Shown here in pieces: positions 12,130 to 25,212 of a stretch of 64,000 nt of DNA (positions are counted from its first letter, which is position 1; each line of letters opens with the position of its first letter). A model generated the notes under the pieces. That model ran no database searches and was not told the DNA's origin. It worked only from the letters and a program-made list of their open reading frames with translations. The DNA is from Octopus vulgaris (Eukaryota): contig OX597821.1 of the NCBI GenBank assembly GCA_951406725.2, positions 101,866,001-101,930,000 of the forward strand. Reading direction: 5' to 3'. A program made the translations under genes and the position numbers.

Positions 12130-12332
12130 GAGTCCAGCCGGTCGCTATCAGTCTGTACTGGTCGCGTGTCGAGACGTCTGGTGTTCTAGGACGCCACAAA
12201 ATAGGGCTAACTGCATGCCCATTGGAGAAATGGGCCCTGCGATGTGGAGTGACTCCAGCAGCGTGTGTAGCTAGGCAGCTAGCCATTATCCGCGGCAACA
12301 CCGTCGCGGTCATTTTCGCGGGGCACAGATGA
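12130..12332 (+). mobile_element. 3' fragment of a CRE-like non-LTR retrotransposon (restriction-like endonuclease C-terminus)
   Basis: ORF 12072-12332 contains QPVAI..VETSGVLG..KIG.....QLAIIRGNTVAVI, matching the CRE-clade P.AVET.G..G ... LAI.RGNA.A pattern; GC- and CpG-rich. Confidence 0.6.
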
Positions 12333-13225
12333 GCACTCCACTTGTTCTGGGATATGTGACCCGTCGACCCCTCAACCTCCATTTTCTGCTGCTTTACCCT
12401 CACCACCACCTATTTTTTTTCCTTTTCATTCTTTTCCATTTTCATCTCTTTTCTTCCCTCTTTCTTTGTATCTGTGTGAATCTTGGAATGAACAGAAATT
12501 TCTTCCTAAAAAAAAATTGAAGATTGGACAATGCTAATAGTGCCGTTTGAGTAAATAACTATTCTTAATTTAAGCACTTGGCCAACAATTTTGACAGGAT
12601 AGGTGTTAATCGAATGCATTGATCTCAACAATTAATCAACCCCTCTAATAAACTATAGTCTCGTGTTTTACAGGAGCATAAAATTTCATTTCTAGACTGC
12701 GGTACGAAGTCTCAAATGTTGAAGTATGTGTCTGTTCGATCCAATAAGCTCCAATATTTGATTAGTATTTAACTTTCACAACATCAGAGGCATGAAAGAC
12801 AAATAAATACAGCAAAATATCTTGTCTAGTGTCCCATCTATTCTTTCATCTCTGCCTTTTCCTTAGTATACAACAATGTTATAGAACTGGCAGAGTGCCA
12901 GAAGTCTGTAATTGTCAGTGTCTTAGTGTATACTTTAGATGCCTTCAGATGTAAGCTGGAAAGGAAATGTTTTGTCATCAAGCACTTTATGTGTGTATGT
13001 GTGAGAGAGAGAGAGAGAGAGAGATTTACTAATAACGAAAATGATTTGAAATATTGTGTGGCATGGTAGTGAACTGTAACTCTTCTGTAGTGTTAATGCA
13101 TTTAATGCATAGAGCATTATAGAACTAACTAGAAATAAATACACTGTGAGAAATATATATACATATATGAACTATTTTCAGACTTTTCAGTGCTATTTAC
13201 ATTCTCTGACATGTACAGGAGACAA

Positions 13226-13266
13226 CTCCTGACATGTTTTGGTGTTTATCTACCTCATCGGAAAAT
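13226..13266 (-). ncRNA. Decayed minimal type I hammerhead motif
   Basis: Minus strand tttt-CCGATGA-GGT-agataaac-ACC-AAAA-C-AT-G-TC-agga; core substitutions U4C and G12A. Confidence 0.45.
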
Positions 13267-13741
13267 CAAAGTTCATACCTGCTGAAGTAATGATGAAAGA
13301 ATCACTTAGTAAATATACAATAGTGTATATTTGTTGGCATCGAGAGATTTGATTCTTTAGAGTATAAATTAATTCAGAGATAAAATTCAGTCTGAAAAAC
13401 AACTGTTAAGTCAGTTTCAATACGCTGTATTAAAAAGCTACTTAAAAATAATATATCCATGATATATGTAATACCGGATACTTTTGTTGCTGCTATTTTA
13501 TGATTTTCAATAAGAAGCTTATTTTCAATCACATGGTTTCTGGTTCAATCTCGCTGGATGTCACCTTGAGCAGGTGTCTTCTACTATAGCACCTGACTGA
13601 CCAATGTCTACTGAGTGAATTTGGTAGATGGAAACTGCAGAAGCTTGTCATATATGTGTGTGTATTCGTTTCTGTCCTGCTCCACCACTGTTTGACCACT
13701 AGTGTTGGTTTGTTTACGTCCCTATAACTTAGCAGTTTGGT

Positions 13742-14138
13742 ACTCTTTTACTTGTTTCTGTCATTTGACTGAGGCCATGCTGGAGTACCGCCTTTAGTTG
13801 AGAAAATCGACCCCAGAACTTATTCTTCGTAAGCCTAGTACTTATTCTATCGGTCTCTTTTGCCGAACTGCGAGGTTACAGGGACATAAACACACCAGCA
13901 TCGGTTGTCAAGTGATGTTGGGGGGACAAAAAACAGACACACAAACACACACACACATATATATATATATATACATATATACGACAGGCTCCTTTTAGTT
14001 TCCATCTACCAAATTCACTTACAAGGCTTTGGTCGGCCCAAGGCTATAGTAGAAGACACTTGCCCAAAGTGCCACGCAGTGGGACTGAACCCAGAACCAT
14101 GTGGTTCGTAAGCAAGCTACTTACCACACAGCCACTAC
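13742..14138 (-). mobile_element. SINE family A, near full length, nested in an older family A copy
   Basis: Full head-to-tail match; flanked by + strand family A fragments (13510-13741, 14145-14232). Confidence 0.88.
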
Positions 14139-15290
14139 TACAAAAATAAATCCTCGGATTGATTTGTTCTTCTAAACCTTTCCCAGTGGTACTCCAACAT
14201 GACCACAGTACAATGACTGAAACAAGTAAAAAACTACAGAAATATAAAAACTCATTTGATTGTAATATTATTTTGTAAATTAAGGGGTCAATCTAGCAGA
14301 ATCATTAACACACTGGGCAAAATGTTTTGCAGAATTTCATGTCTTAATGTTCTGAATTCAAATTCCACCAAAGTCAACTTTGCCTTTCATCCTTTCGAGG
14401 TCAATAAAATAAGTACCAGTTAAACACTGGGGTTGATGTAAACAACTTAGCCCCTTCCCTGAAACTACTGACCTTGCTCCAAAATTTGAAGCCAATATTA
14501 TTTTGTAAATTCATTCAATATTAGTATTCAATCCAATCAAAACTACACCTCCTCGTCCAACAGCTTCATCACAACATAATTAGCATTAATCTCACTAGTC
14601 TCAGAAGATCTTTGAAGACTTTAGACTACGATCCTTTCTTCAAGTCCAACAAATAACCATAATCTTTTTTTTTTTTAAATAAGCAATGCCTATATTAAAA
14701 TTCAATATAATATAATGAAAACTATATGGAAAATCCTAACTACAACAAATTTGTTATAGCATGAACATATTCTAATTATGTAATACCTCCTTTAAGGAAT
14801 AAATAAAAAGGCTGATTTGAAAGCTGGATTTGCTTTGCCTGGGCAACATATCTGACATAAGCAAAATGGAAAAAAAAAATATTTTAGAACCTGATTGTTA
14901 AAGTAGGAAAGTAAAGCTAAAACTGCTTGTCTTTGCTAAATATAACCTAAAAGTTCTTTGTTATAACCTAAGAGTTTAGCTATGTATTATTCTTATACCT
15001 TAATTGATTTCGTTTCTTTATGTATTCACAAATACCACACACAGAGCATCGTTTTCGTCAGTTCATTAAGGATTTACAGCAAAGTTAATTTTGGCAAGCT
15101 TCAAACTCAGAATTACAAATCAATTAATCTGGTAAACAAAAATATCTAGTTTGATGATTATCTGTCATCCAACCAACTGTGCTATTTGCAGATAAGTTAA
15201 AAGATGGTTTTACTTAAAGAAACTCAGATGAACATACTTTCAGAATAACTGAATAGTCTAAAATATTGTGGATGATGTTTATACTTTTAA

Positions 15291-15508
15291 CCCTTTTGTT
15301 ACCAACCTGGCTGAAACCGGCTCTGGCTCTGAGTATAAATGTCTTGTTTTCATAAGTTCTGAATTAAAATCTTCCACCAAACCTTAGTCACAATTTATGT
15401 TCCTAACACTAGCTGAATGATAACAATTATTTTACTAAATTCTTTGTTATATTTAAAGTAATTGAAAGAAACAGAGAGCATCTCAAAATAAATACAGTAA
15501 CAAAAGGG
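15291..15508. mobile_element. piggyBac-type MITE
   Basis: TTAA|CCCTTTTGTTAC ... GTAACAAAAGGG|TCAA; related copies at 60495, ~44638 and ~53365. Confidence 0.85.
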
Positions 15509-16199
15509 TCAAGGAGCCTTTCTCAGCTCTGGCCTACAAAATTAGTGGCCAAGAGGTTTCCAATGAAGTACTTGGGGTTATTCATAGCTACTCATTGTTC
15601 TACAGAATCTGAATTAACATAATAGCAGACAAGGAAGCTTCTATGCAGATATGCAATCTGTCAGAAATAGGAGTCAAATCTTCCTCAAATTCACTCTGCC
15701 ATATTAAATATTTGAAAAATCCCTTGGAAATAAAGAATCTAATGTGGTCCCCTATATATATGCAAAAGAGATGGGATGACCAAAGCTGGAACCCTTTTCA
15801 TCTTAAGTCTGATCATTTAGGGTTGATGTGAAATAAAATAACAACTAGCTTAGTGATTACTGGTTTCTAATATGTTATTGAAGCTTCATGTCTCATGGCC
15901 TTAACAATAGCTCTCAATATCCAAGTCCACTTTGCTCAAATAAGTACTAGATATATTATAATTCAGCTGTAAGCAAACAGTATTATTTCACAGGTGGAAA
16001 GCATTTAAATATTTTGCTATTCAATTCTTACAGGAAAAGTTGCATACAAAAAAAATTAGTGTCTTATCCAAAAGAAGATGATATCCTATTTGCTGTATTG
16101 TTATGAAAACTCAATTTGAACATCAGCATTTTGGATCTTTATTATATTGAAAGGTTCTGCATAGTGCAGTCTTAAGGTATAAGCACTGTGAGCAGTTTC

Positions 16200-16625
16200 C
16201 ACTACAAGGTCCTGTCCTTGCTGCAGTGTGGGGGCTTGTGTGTTTCAATGACACTCACAGCTATGCCAGCAAAGTGCATGCTCCTGGTAGGGCCTCTCAT
16301 ACTGGACAGGTCAAAGGATAGAGACCAGACTAATATGGACCACCTCTTACCAGAAGTAAAAATAGGTTTGTGTAGGGCCAACAGCCACATCTAGAAAAAA
16401 GTAAAGTTTCAGAAGTGTCAATGACAATCTAAAACCAACAAGACCTAAGAGAGGAAAGCTTTCATCCAGGAAAACATATGACATGGTACAACAAAATCCG
16501 AATGGGAAAAAACAGGGACAAACTGGAGAGGAACAGAAAAGACAGCTCAGAGTTGAGAACAATGAAGAAAAGACATTGATGGTCTATGCTCCATAAGGAA
16601 GCAAAGGGAATAATTGATTGAATTG
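16200..16625 (+). mobile_element. Internally deleted (bipartite) RTE-derived non-autonomous element
   Basis: RTE/BovB-like 5' UTR (ccttgctgcagtgtgggggcttgtgtgtttcaatga...agctatgcc) joined to an RTE-like 3' end (gatggtctatgctcc) and an (attg)n tail. Confidence 0.55.
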
Positions 16626-18258
16626 ACAGTGAGCGGTTGCGCAGGTGATCTATTTATCATCATTTGATATCCGTTTTACATGCTGGCATGGGTTGGACAT
16701 TTTGACAAGAGCTAGCAAGCTAGAGAGCTGCACCAGACTCCAATTATCTGTTTTGGCATGGTTTCAGTGGCTTGATGCTCTTTCTAATGCCCACCACTCT
16801 ACAGATGTACTGGATGCTTTTTATGTGGCACCAGCTCTCAAATAAATACCATAAGCTTTTATGCCTTGCATTGTCTTGGGGATTATAATGCTGTTAGTAC
16901 GTATCACCCTAAACTCTTCATTCTATATTTTACATCTTTCAGTCTTATCTAAGATTACATACCATCATATAGTGGTTTGTGGCTTAGGAATATTATTGCT
17001 GTGATTTAGTAAAGAATGTTTGGAGTTGCTAGACTGAATATAACACTTTCTTCAACACATTTTCTCATTAAATGTAATGTTAGTATCAAATATATTCCAC
17101 CTCGGGAGATTTAGATTTATCGACAAAATCAGTCACATGAATATTAAATGTCAAACAGTACACCAGGAATTCCACTATAAGATGCCTACTCATTACTTAT
17201 TGTTTTACTGCTTTATTCAAACTTTGATGCCAAAGTATCTTGTTTTATATGTTAAAATCTTTTGGGTTTTATTATACAGGAGAGAAAGAGTTACTACGTC
17301 AAAGAAAATTCCATATAGGTTATCCTCTCATATCCTTTATTCCAAATCACTGTAGCATATCTTATATAGCAAGATGATCTCAGAAATTCATATTATGTTT
17401 ACTATATATACCAATTTATATTCGCTAAAATGTTATGAAAATATGAATGAATCTCTCTCTTCTCTCTCCCTCTCTCTGTCTCTTTTCCTTACTCTCGCCT
17501 CTATTCTTCTCTCTCTCCCTCTTTCTCTTCTCTAGCTTTTCTTTCTCTTCCTTACTCCCCCCTCTCTCTCCCCTAATGGTTTAGTCAAAGAAGGAAGGAA
17601 AAGCTGCTGTATATCTACTTAGAGTGAACAGTCAGCCAAGTAATCTTTTCTTTTTCCAATCTGAAGGGATTCATAAATAGAAAATAAAACAAAATATATG
17701 CACACAAAGCACATTTTGTATTGCACAATGCTAATGGTATATTTAGTATATGCACATACAAAAACATTGTGTTTATGATCTGTATACATATGTACATAGA
17801 CTTGGTCTCACATAAAACACTACCAACATAATTTAATTAATAAAACAATGTATTTCAGTTTATATCATTGAATTATCAAGATCAATTTCTCTATAATTTC
17901 TCCATGTTTATTTCATTTTTTGTTAAAGCCATTATTTTATATTACTTTATATTTTTTTAAAGTTTTTATATATTTATTTAATTATTTGTCTATGCTAGTA
18001 AGGTTGCCAACTTGGTAACAACTTTCAATCAATATATATGATATAAAATCCTTTAATAAAAACAAGTCTGCCTTCAATCAACTTCCTGTTTCTGAAATGA
18101 TAAGTTCCTATCCACACAAGTTCTATTGAGTCTACACTAGCAGCAATCTTGATAATTAATGATTTTATTGATTTACATTCATACTGCATCCTTACTTATA
18201 TAGACATGCACCAGTTCACTACACCTACTTGCAGATGCAAAGGCCTTTATGTGAGTGA

Positions 18259-18304
<46 letters not shown>

Positions 18305-19034
18305 GAATATGTAATGCACACTACTTATATACAAAAAGGTAGAGTAACATGTACACATGAATAACAAAAATACTTCATAAAACACATTCACACACATACA
18401 CAAAGCTTAAAGGTATATAAGGAATAGAGGGGAAAGAAAATGTGATGGTATAACAATAGGATAAATTATGACCCAACAAAACCCCACCTCACTCATGATT
18501 GCACAATCTGTACAAGCATGCACAAATATATGCACACGCACACACACATACACACACATATATACTATCTCTTTAAAGAGAGTCTGCATTAGTATAGATT
18601 AAAACAAAATGTATATTATGTAGTAAGATAAAGAAAGAGAAGTAGAATTCAGTGTGTAAGATAAACACTTCTCTGTGTGAGTGTGTGTATGTATATATAT
18701 ATATATATATATATAACTTTTTTTTTCATAATGAGATAAAAAAAACCAAGGCTGAGTAGATATGATACAAAATAGAGAGTGAGGTGGAGGAAACAAAATA
18801 GATGTGAGATATGTAGGGATATTGAATTTGTAGATCCATTTTCTATGCAAAGTGGTATACATGTAAGGTTCCAATACTTTATGAGTAAAATCCAACAGTA
18901 TTTAAAATTGGTCATTCCAAATATTGAGTCTATACATAGTGTTTTTTAATCAAAAGTTTTTCTTGTATATATATATATATATATGTATATTTATTTATAT
19001 ATAGGCGCATGCATTATATGTATTTGTGTGTGTG

Positions 19035-19407
19035 TTGATGGTTAAGAAGTTCACTTTGCAGCCACATGGTTTTGGGGTCAGTCCCATGTGTGACACCTTG
19101 AGAAAATGTCTTCTACTATAGCCCCAGGCCAATCAATGCTTTGTGAGTGCATTCGGCAAACAGAAACTGCATGGAAGACCATCATATATACATATATGTA
19201 TGTGTGTGTTTGTGTTTTCTCCACCACTACTTGACAACCGGTGTTAGTTTGTTTACATTTGCATAACTTAATGTTTTGGCAAAAGAGACTAATAGAATAA
19301 GTACCGGGTTTAAAAGACAAGTACTGGGGTCAATTTGTTCAACTAATTCCTTTGAGGTGGTGCCCCAGCATGGCCACAGTCTAATGACTGAAGCAAAAGA
19401 GAAAAGA
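19035..19407 (+). mobile_element. SINE family A
   Basis: Near full-length match to the other copies. Confidence 0.82.
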
Positions 19408-21067
19408 TATGTATTTCTATATATGTGTGCATACTCAAGCCCAACGCACATACCACACACATATATATATGCTTGCTATCATGTTACATAGTCAAGTGGT
19501 CAGTAACTAAATTTCCATCAGGTTAGCCCTAATGAGAAAGGACGCTAGAAACCCAGCAGGGCAGAAACCCATCAAGAGGGTAGACAAGCCCAGTATAGAA
19601 TCAACAACTATTTAGCTATAGTGCTCACAGATAGAAATACTCAAGATGGTGAATGAGCACATTACATAACCGGTTTAGGAGTGATGGGCCCCTAGTTATT
19701 GTCAGGTTATTGGTATAACAATTGGATAGATAAGGCCTCTTAGCTATGTTAGGGGTAGCTTATTTGCACTGCCATGCTGCCTTGAGGGTGAGTCCAAGAA
19801 GACAAAAACTAAGAGAATACATACACACTGGCAGAGACTGGATTTCTGATGCCTTCCTTACAGATTCACAAATTAGTCACTGATGGAATCTTTGTTCTCT
19901 TGACACATTTTCTAACATCTAGAAAAAGAAGCCAACTCTCCCTTAAATCACATTCTACCATCTTACAAGAATGGAGGACACATTAAATAGAATGGTCATG
20001 GCTGGAATCATCATCATTGTTTTAATGTCCATTTTTCCATGTTCACATGGGTTGGATGGAATTTGTTGAGGTAGATTTTCTATAACTGGATTCCCTTCCT
20101 TTCACCAACTCTTGCCTGTTTCCAAGTAAGATGATATTTCCCTATAACCGGACATGTTTTCACTGGAAATTGGAAATGAAGGACACTGCTCTCATGACAG
20201 TGGCATTTGCTTAGAACTAATACCATGTCAGGGCAAGGAGACATTCAACAGTAGAAAACCATGCCAAAACAGACAATGGAACTTGGTGCAGCTTCCGGTC
20301 TTGCCAGCTCTTGTCAAACCATCCAACCCATGCCAACATGGAAAACATATTCAGCGATTATGATCACATACACACACACACACCTGGCTTCTTTCAGTTT
20401 CCAGTTTCCATCTACTAAATCTACTGATAAGGCTTTGATTGGCCCAGGGCTATTGTAGGAGACACTTGCCTACAGTTCCAGGTAATGAAACTCTTTACCA
20501 CATACCTTGATTAACAGATATGCATATCTGGCCTAAGGCTAGATAACAAGAAGACACACTTATTACCTTTGATCACTTGTCTTTGATCTTTGATACCATA
20601 ATACCTTCAGACCCAACCTTAAACCATCTACCATTCATCTTTGTACTCACTGGATCATTAAATTATAACAGTTATTATAGTGCATTGTTGTGCTATTCAA
20701 GACACATTATATTTTACAAACAATACACAATGCTTCAAGCGAACTACAATACTCTCCTATATGTATATGTATTTATGTATTACGTGATCAACCAGACTTT
20801 CAGATGTTGTTATACAACGCTGGTCACTATGCACTTTGCATTGCTTTAGCTTTCAAATGATGCCAACCTGCTGGCTTGGCAAGCAGACCAACATTCTCTC
20901 TGATCAGATGATTTGTCTGTTACAGTTACCCATTTACAGCTGAGTGGCCTGAAGTGTTTTACTCAAAAACACAAGGCACTGCTTGATCCAGGAAGCGAAC
21001 CCACAATCACTAGATCGTGAGTGCAACACCTTAACCACTCGGCCACATGCCTTCACACACACACACA

Positions 21068-21099
<32 letters not shown>

Positions 21100-21377
21100 A
21101 GATAGCTAGATTGCTTTCTTCCTTTCATTACTATTTGTTGCACTGTCTCTACCATTTCTTCCTCTTCTACCACCCTATCACTCCAATTATTCTGTTTCTC
21201 CAAACATACTCTTCATTGTTTCTCCCTCTCACCCTACTTCATCTTCTGTCACTGCCTTCTTTCTATTCCCTCTTTAGCTCACAGCAATCTGGCCAAATGA
21301 AGACAACATGGGATATTGAGGACTCTTTAGTCATGTAGAGTTTTGATGCCATGTTTGTTGTGAATATTTTCTCTCGA

Positions 21378-21521
21378 GTGGCTGTGTGGTAAGTAGCTTG
21401 CTTACGAACCACATGGTTCCGGGTTCAGTCCCACTGCATGGGAAATGTCTTCTACTATAGCCTCGGGCCAACCAAAGCCTTGTGAGTGGATTTGGTAGAT
21501 GGAAACTGAAAGAAGCCCGTC

Positions 21522-21616
<95 letters not shown>

Positions 21617-22439
21617 TGTGTACGTACAGCCATGCTACATGGTAGTGAAACATGGGCTGTGACTGCTGAGGATATGCGTAAGCTCGCAAGAAATGAAGCC
21701 AGTATGCTCCGATGGATGTGTAATGTCAGTGTTCATAATCGACAGAGTGTAAGTACCTTGAGAGAAAAGTTTGACCTAAGAAGCATCAGTTGTGGTGTGC
21801 AAGAGAGACGTTTGCGCTGGTATGGTCATGTGACGAGAATGGCTGAAGATAGTTGTGTGCAAAAGTGCCACACCCTAGCAGTTGAGGGAACCTGTGGAAG
21901 AGGTAGACCCAGGAAAACCTGGGACGAGGTGGTGAAGCACAACCATCGAACTTTAGGTCTCACCAAGGAAATGACTAGAGACCAAGACCTATGGAAGTAT
22001 GCTTTGCTTGAGAAGACCCGGCAAGACTAGTGAGACCATAACCCGTGGCCTCTACCTGGTATGTAGCCAGTCGACTTATACATACCTTTCCTTCTTGGGA
22101 CACAAAACTCCACTTGTGAAGACCCGTTGAGGCAAGTGAAAATCAAATCAAACCAAATCAAATCAGATATCAGAAAGCAGAACCAAAATCGAAGTCAATC
22201 AACATCAATGGAAATTGCGGCTGTGATACCAGTGCCGGTGACAAGTAAGCAAACCATCCGATCGTGGCCATTGCCAGTGCCGCCCCGACTGGCCTCCGTG
22301 TCGGTGACACGTAATAAGCACCATCCATTCGTGGCCGTTGCCAGCCTCGCCTGGCACATAAAAAGCACCATCCATTTGTGGCCGTCCAACCCATGCTAGC
22401 ATGGAAAGCGGACGCTAAACGATGATGATGATGATGATG

Positions 22440-22486
<47 letters not shown>

Positions 22487-22715
22487 TGTGTGTGTATATG
22501 TTTGTGTGTCTGTGTGTTTATCCCCCCAATATCACTTGACAACCGATGCTGGTGTGTTTACATCCCCGTAACTTAGTGGTTCGGCAAAAGAGACTGATAG
22601 AATAAGTGCTAGGCTCACAAAGAATAAGTCCTGGGGTCGATTTGCTGGACTATAGGCAGTGCTCCAGCATGACCACAGTCACATGTCTGAAACAAGTAAA
22701 AAGAGTAAAGAGTAC
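21378..22715 (+). mobile_element. SINE family A split by an RTE insertion in its internal (TA)n
   Basis: Head at 21378-21523; tail resumes at ~22441-22715. Confidence 0.85.
21613..22440 (+). mobile_element. RTE LINE 3' end, relatively well preserved
   Basis: ORF 21482-22030: AMLHGSETW...RRLRWYGHV.RM...GRGRPRKTW; (gat)n tail. Confidence 0.92.
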
Positions 22716-22719
22716 AGAA

Positions 22720-23500
22720 TAGCTTCACTGTAGACACAGTTGCTTTTTGATGCACTATTGCACCAGTATTAAATCATTGATTGATATTGATACACTTACT
22801 CCAGTGGATTGTTTTCTATTGTATGTTCAGATGATAGCCAAATGTTCAAGTCAGCTCTGTATGTTAAATTAATTAGCGATAAGGTTACTTGGAAATTAAT
22901 GCTCTATGCAGGATTCTATGTATTTAAGCTATTACATGGCACAACTCATTACAATGAAAGCTATATTACTATCCCAAGTTAGAAATACAAGAGAAATATC
23001 TGACCAGTGTTGTTAAGAGACATGACTGCCTCATAAAAGCAGGCTTCAAGTGTTATCAGTACAGATTTCTTATATAAGAATATGCTTCTTATAAATTATA
23101 TGGGACTCCTGTTATATAGAGCTTTATAATTTGTTTAGTTGAATGAAATTGTACATGTATTTACTCATACTTCCAGCTGTAGTTGCTCTTTAGCTTCAAT
23201 CAAATAGGAAAGAAGACAAATGTGTAAACAAGACCTTCCTAATGGTTCACAAGCTCCTCCTTTAAACTAAGTTTCTATTGTCTCTACATGGAGCAGCATG
23301 ATAGTAGTTGTCCAGTGATTATCATCTAAAATAGGATTTTCCTCAGAAAACAAATTAGATCTGCAGTGTGTATACTTATTACTATGTTGATACAGTTGAA
23401 TATACACACTTCATACTCATCAGTTTAGTTCAATATGGGCAAAGGGAGTTCTCTAAACATGTCCTACAGTGTGAGAGAATATTTACTGTTATGAAGGCTT
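22720..23500 (+). mobile_element. Possible highly degraded BEL/Pao integrase region
   Basis: Piecewise DLP....APP...VSI and SAV..... motifs near 23230-23380 resemble BEL integrase DLP..R..PPF...G.D and RAVH; heavily broken. Confidence 0.25.
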
Positions 23501-24831
23501 TGACATATCTTTTTACCTTTTATTTGTTTCAATCATTAGACTGCGACCATGCTGGAGCATTTTGTTCTTGTAAGTCACACTGTTTTATACTTGATTTTAA
23601 CTGTGAAAAAAACTGCAGTAGACTTATACATGAGGCAAAATAAAAAAAATTGTACCAAGATTCACCACTGAATTAGATGTGTGACTTATACACAAGTAGA
23701 TACAGTATTTTAAGTGGCAAATGCCAGTCAACACTACTTCTCTCCCTGAAATACTGCAGTTCAATCGAAGTAGTGATTGAGGATCTAAACTAAAGCGTTG
23801 GATCTATACATACAGATAAGCCTTTGTTCACTGCTCAGCTGTTTGTGTCAATACTTTTTTTTTGTTCTTTTGTCTCATTGAATTATTTCATTCTTTCAAG
23901 CATACATTTTCTCCATTAAGAACATTTTTCCAATGTCAATATTGACTTTGATTCATCTATTCATAAAATTTACTCTTTCTTCTCTCTTAAACTTTTGTTT
24001 AATTTCTATTATTTTACTTTTGTTTTGTTTTTGTTTATTTACTTTCCTGAAATTCCTCAAATCCCTAATCATGATTTCTAAGTTAGGCAACAAGGCCTGC
24101 AGTTTTGTGGAAATGAGATTATTTAATAAGATCAAACCCACCACTGGACTGATACAACTATGCTTTTCATCCCCAGGGGATAAAAAGCATGGCTGACTTT
24201 GGTAGGATTTGAATCCTGGATGTGAACAACCACAAATACAGCAAAACATTTTTTCCAACATTTTTATGATTCTTTCAACTTGCTACCTTTGAAACTCCTA
24301 ACAATTTAAGTCGCTTATCTTCCAATCTTTATTTCCTTTGAATAACTCTGAAAAACAATTCACAAAAGTACTTAAAAATCATTAGCATTTCATTTCACTT
24401 TTAAACACTAGATTTATTAGATTTATTATCAGCTTAAGCACAACTAGCATCTCAAGTCCATTTTATCAGACTTTTATCTGAATTGAACTCACTTTAATAT
24501 ACTAATATTTTACCAACTCTGCTAAATTAACATAAACTTAATATATCTAAAACACTCATAGTGTAGTGGAGGTGCATAGCTTACTGGTTAGGGTGTTGGA
24601 CTCATGATCAGAAGATAATGGTTTCGATTCCTGGAATGGACGATGCTTTGTGTTCTTGAGTAAAACACTTCATTTCATGCTGTTCCAGTCCACTCAGCTG
24701 GTGGAAGTGAGTAATCCTGCAATGGACTAGCGTCCCATCCAGGGAGGGATATATTTACCAGAGAAACCAGGAAACTGGTCCCATGCTCTTTACAGAGTAA
24801 TGTGAATTAACCATTACCTCACATAGGTGTA

Positions 24832-25212
24832 GATGTGGCTGTGTGGTTGAGAAGCTCGTTTTGCAGTCCACATGGTTTCAGGTTCAGGCCCACTGCACAG
24901 CACTTTAGGCAAGTCTCTTCTACTATAACCAATGGAAACTGTGAAAGTTTTGTATATGTATGTGTATCTATTTGTGTGAGTCTTAGTGCCTGCCTGTGTC
25001 TCACACACTCCCACACACACACACACACTGATTGACAACTGATGTTAGTTCACATTCATAATTAAGTGGTTTGGCAACAGTAACTGATAGAATTAGCACT
25101 AGACCAAAAAGAAAAGAAAAACAGATTTTGGGTTGATTTGTTCAAGCAAAACCCTTCACGGCAGTGCCCCAGCATAGCCACAGTCCAATGACTGAAACAA
25201 ATAAACGATAAA
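24832..25212 (+). mobile_element. SINE family A (diverged)
   Basis: Head, CORE-like segment and 3' end are recognisable. Confidence 0.78.

Noticed and set aside
12056-12409. 117-aa minus-strand ORF, CpG-island promoter, or RNase P/MRP or telomerase RNA
   Set aside because: No recognisable protein; acaaaatagggctaac only loosely resembles CR-V and has no CR-I partner; no CUAACCCU template; the plus-strand RLE motif explains the region better.
18003-18019. Palindrome gttgccaacttggtaac resembling an RFX X-box
   Set aside because: Spacing deviates from consensus and there is no associated gene start.
22820-22866. Possible 28-bp microexon (ttcag|...|gtatgt)
   Set aside because: No partner exons or homology; such splice-like pairs arise by chance.
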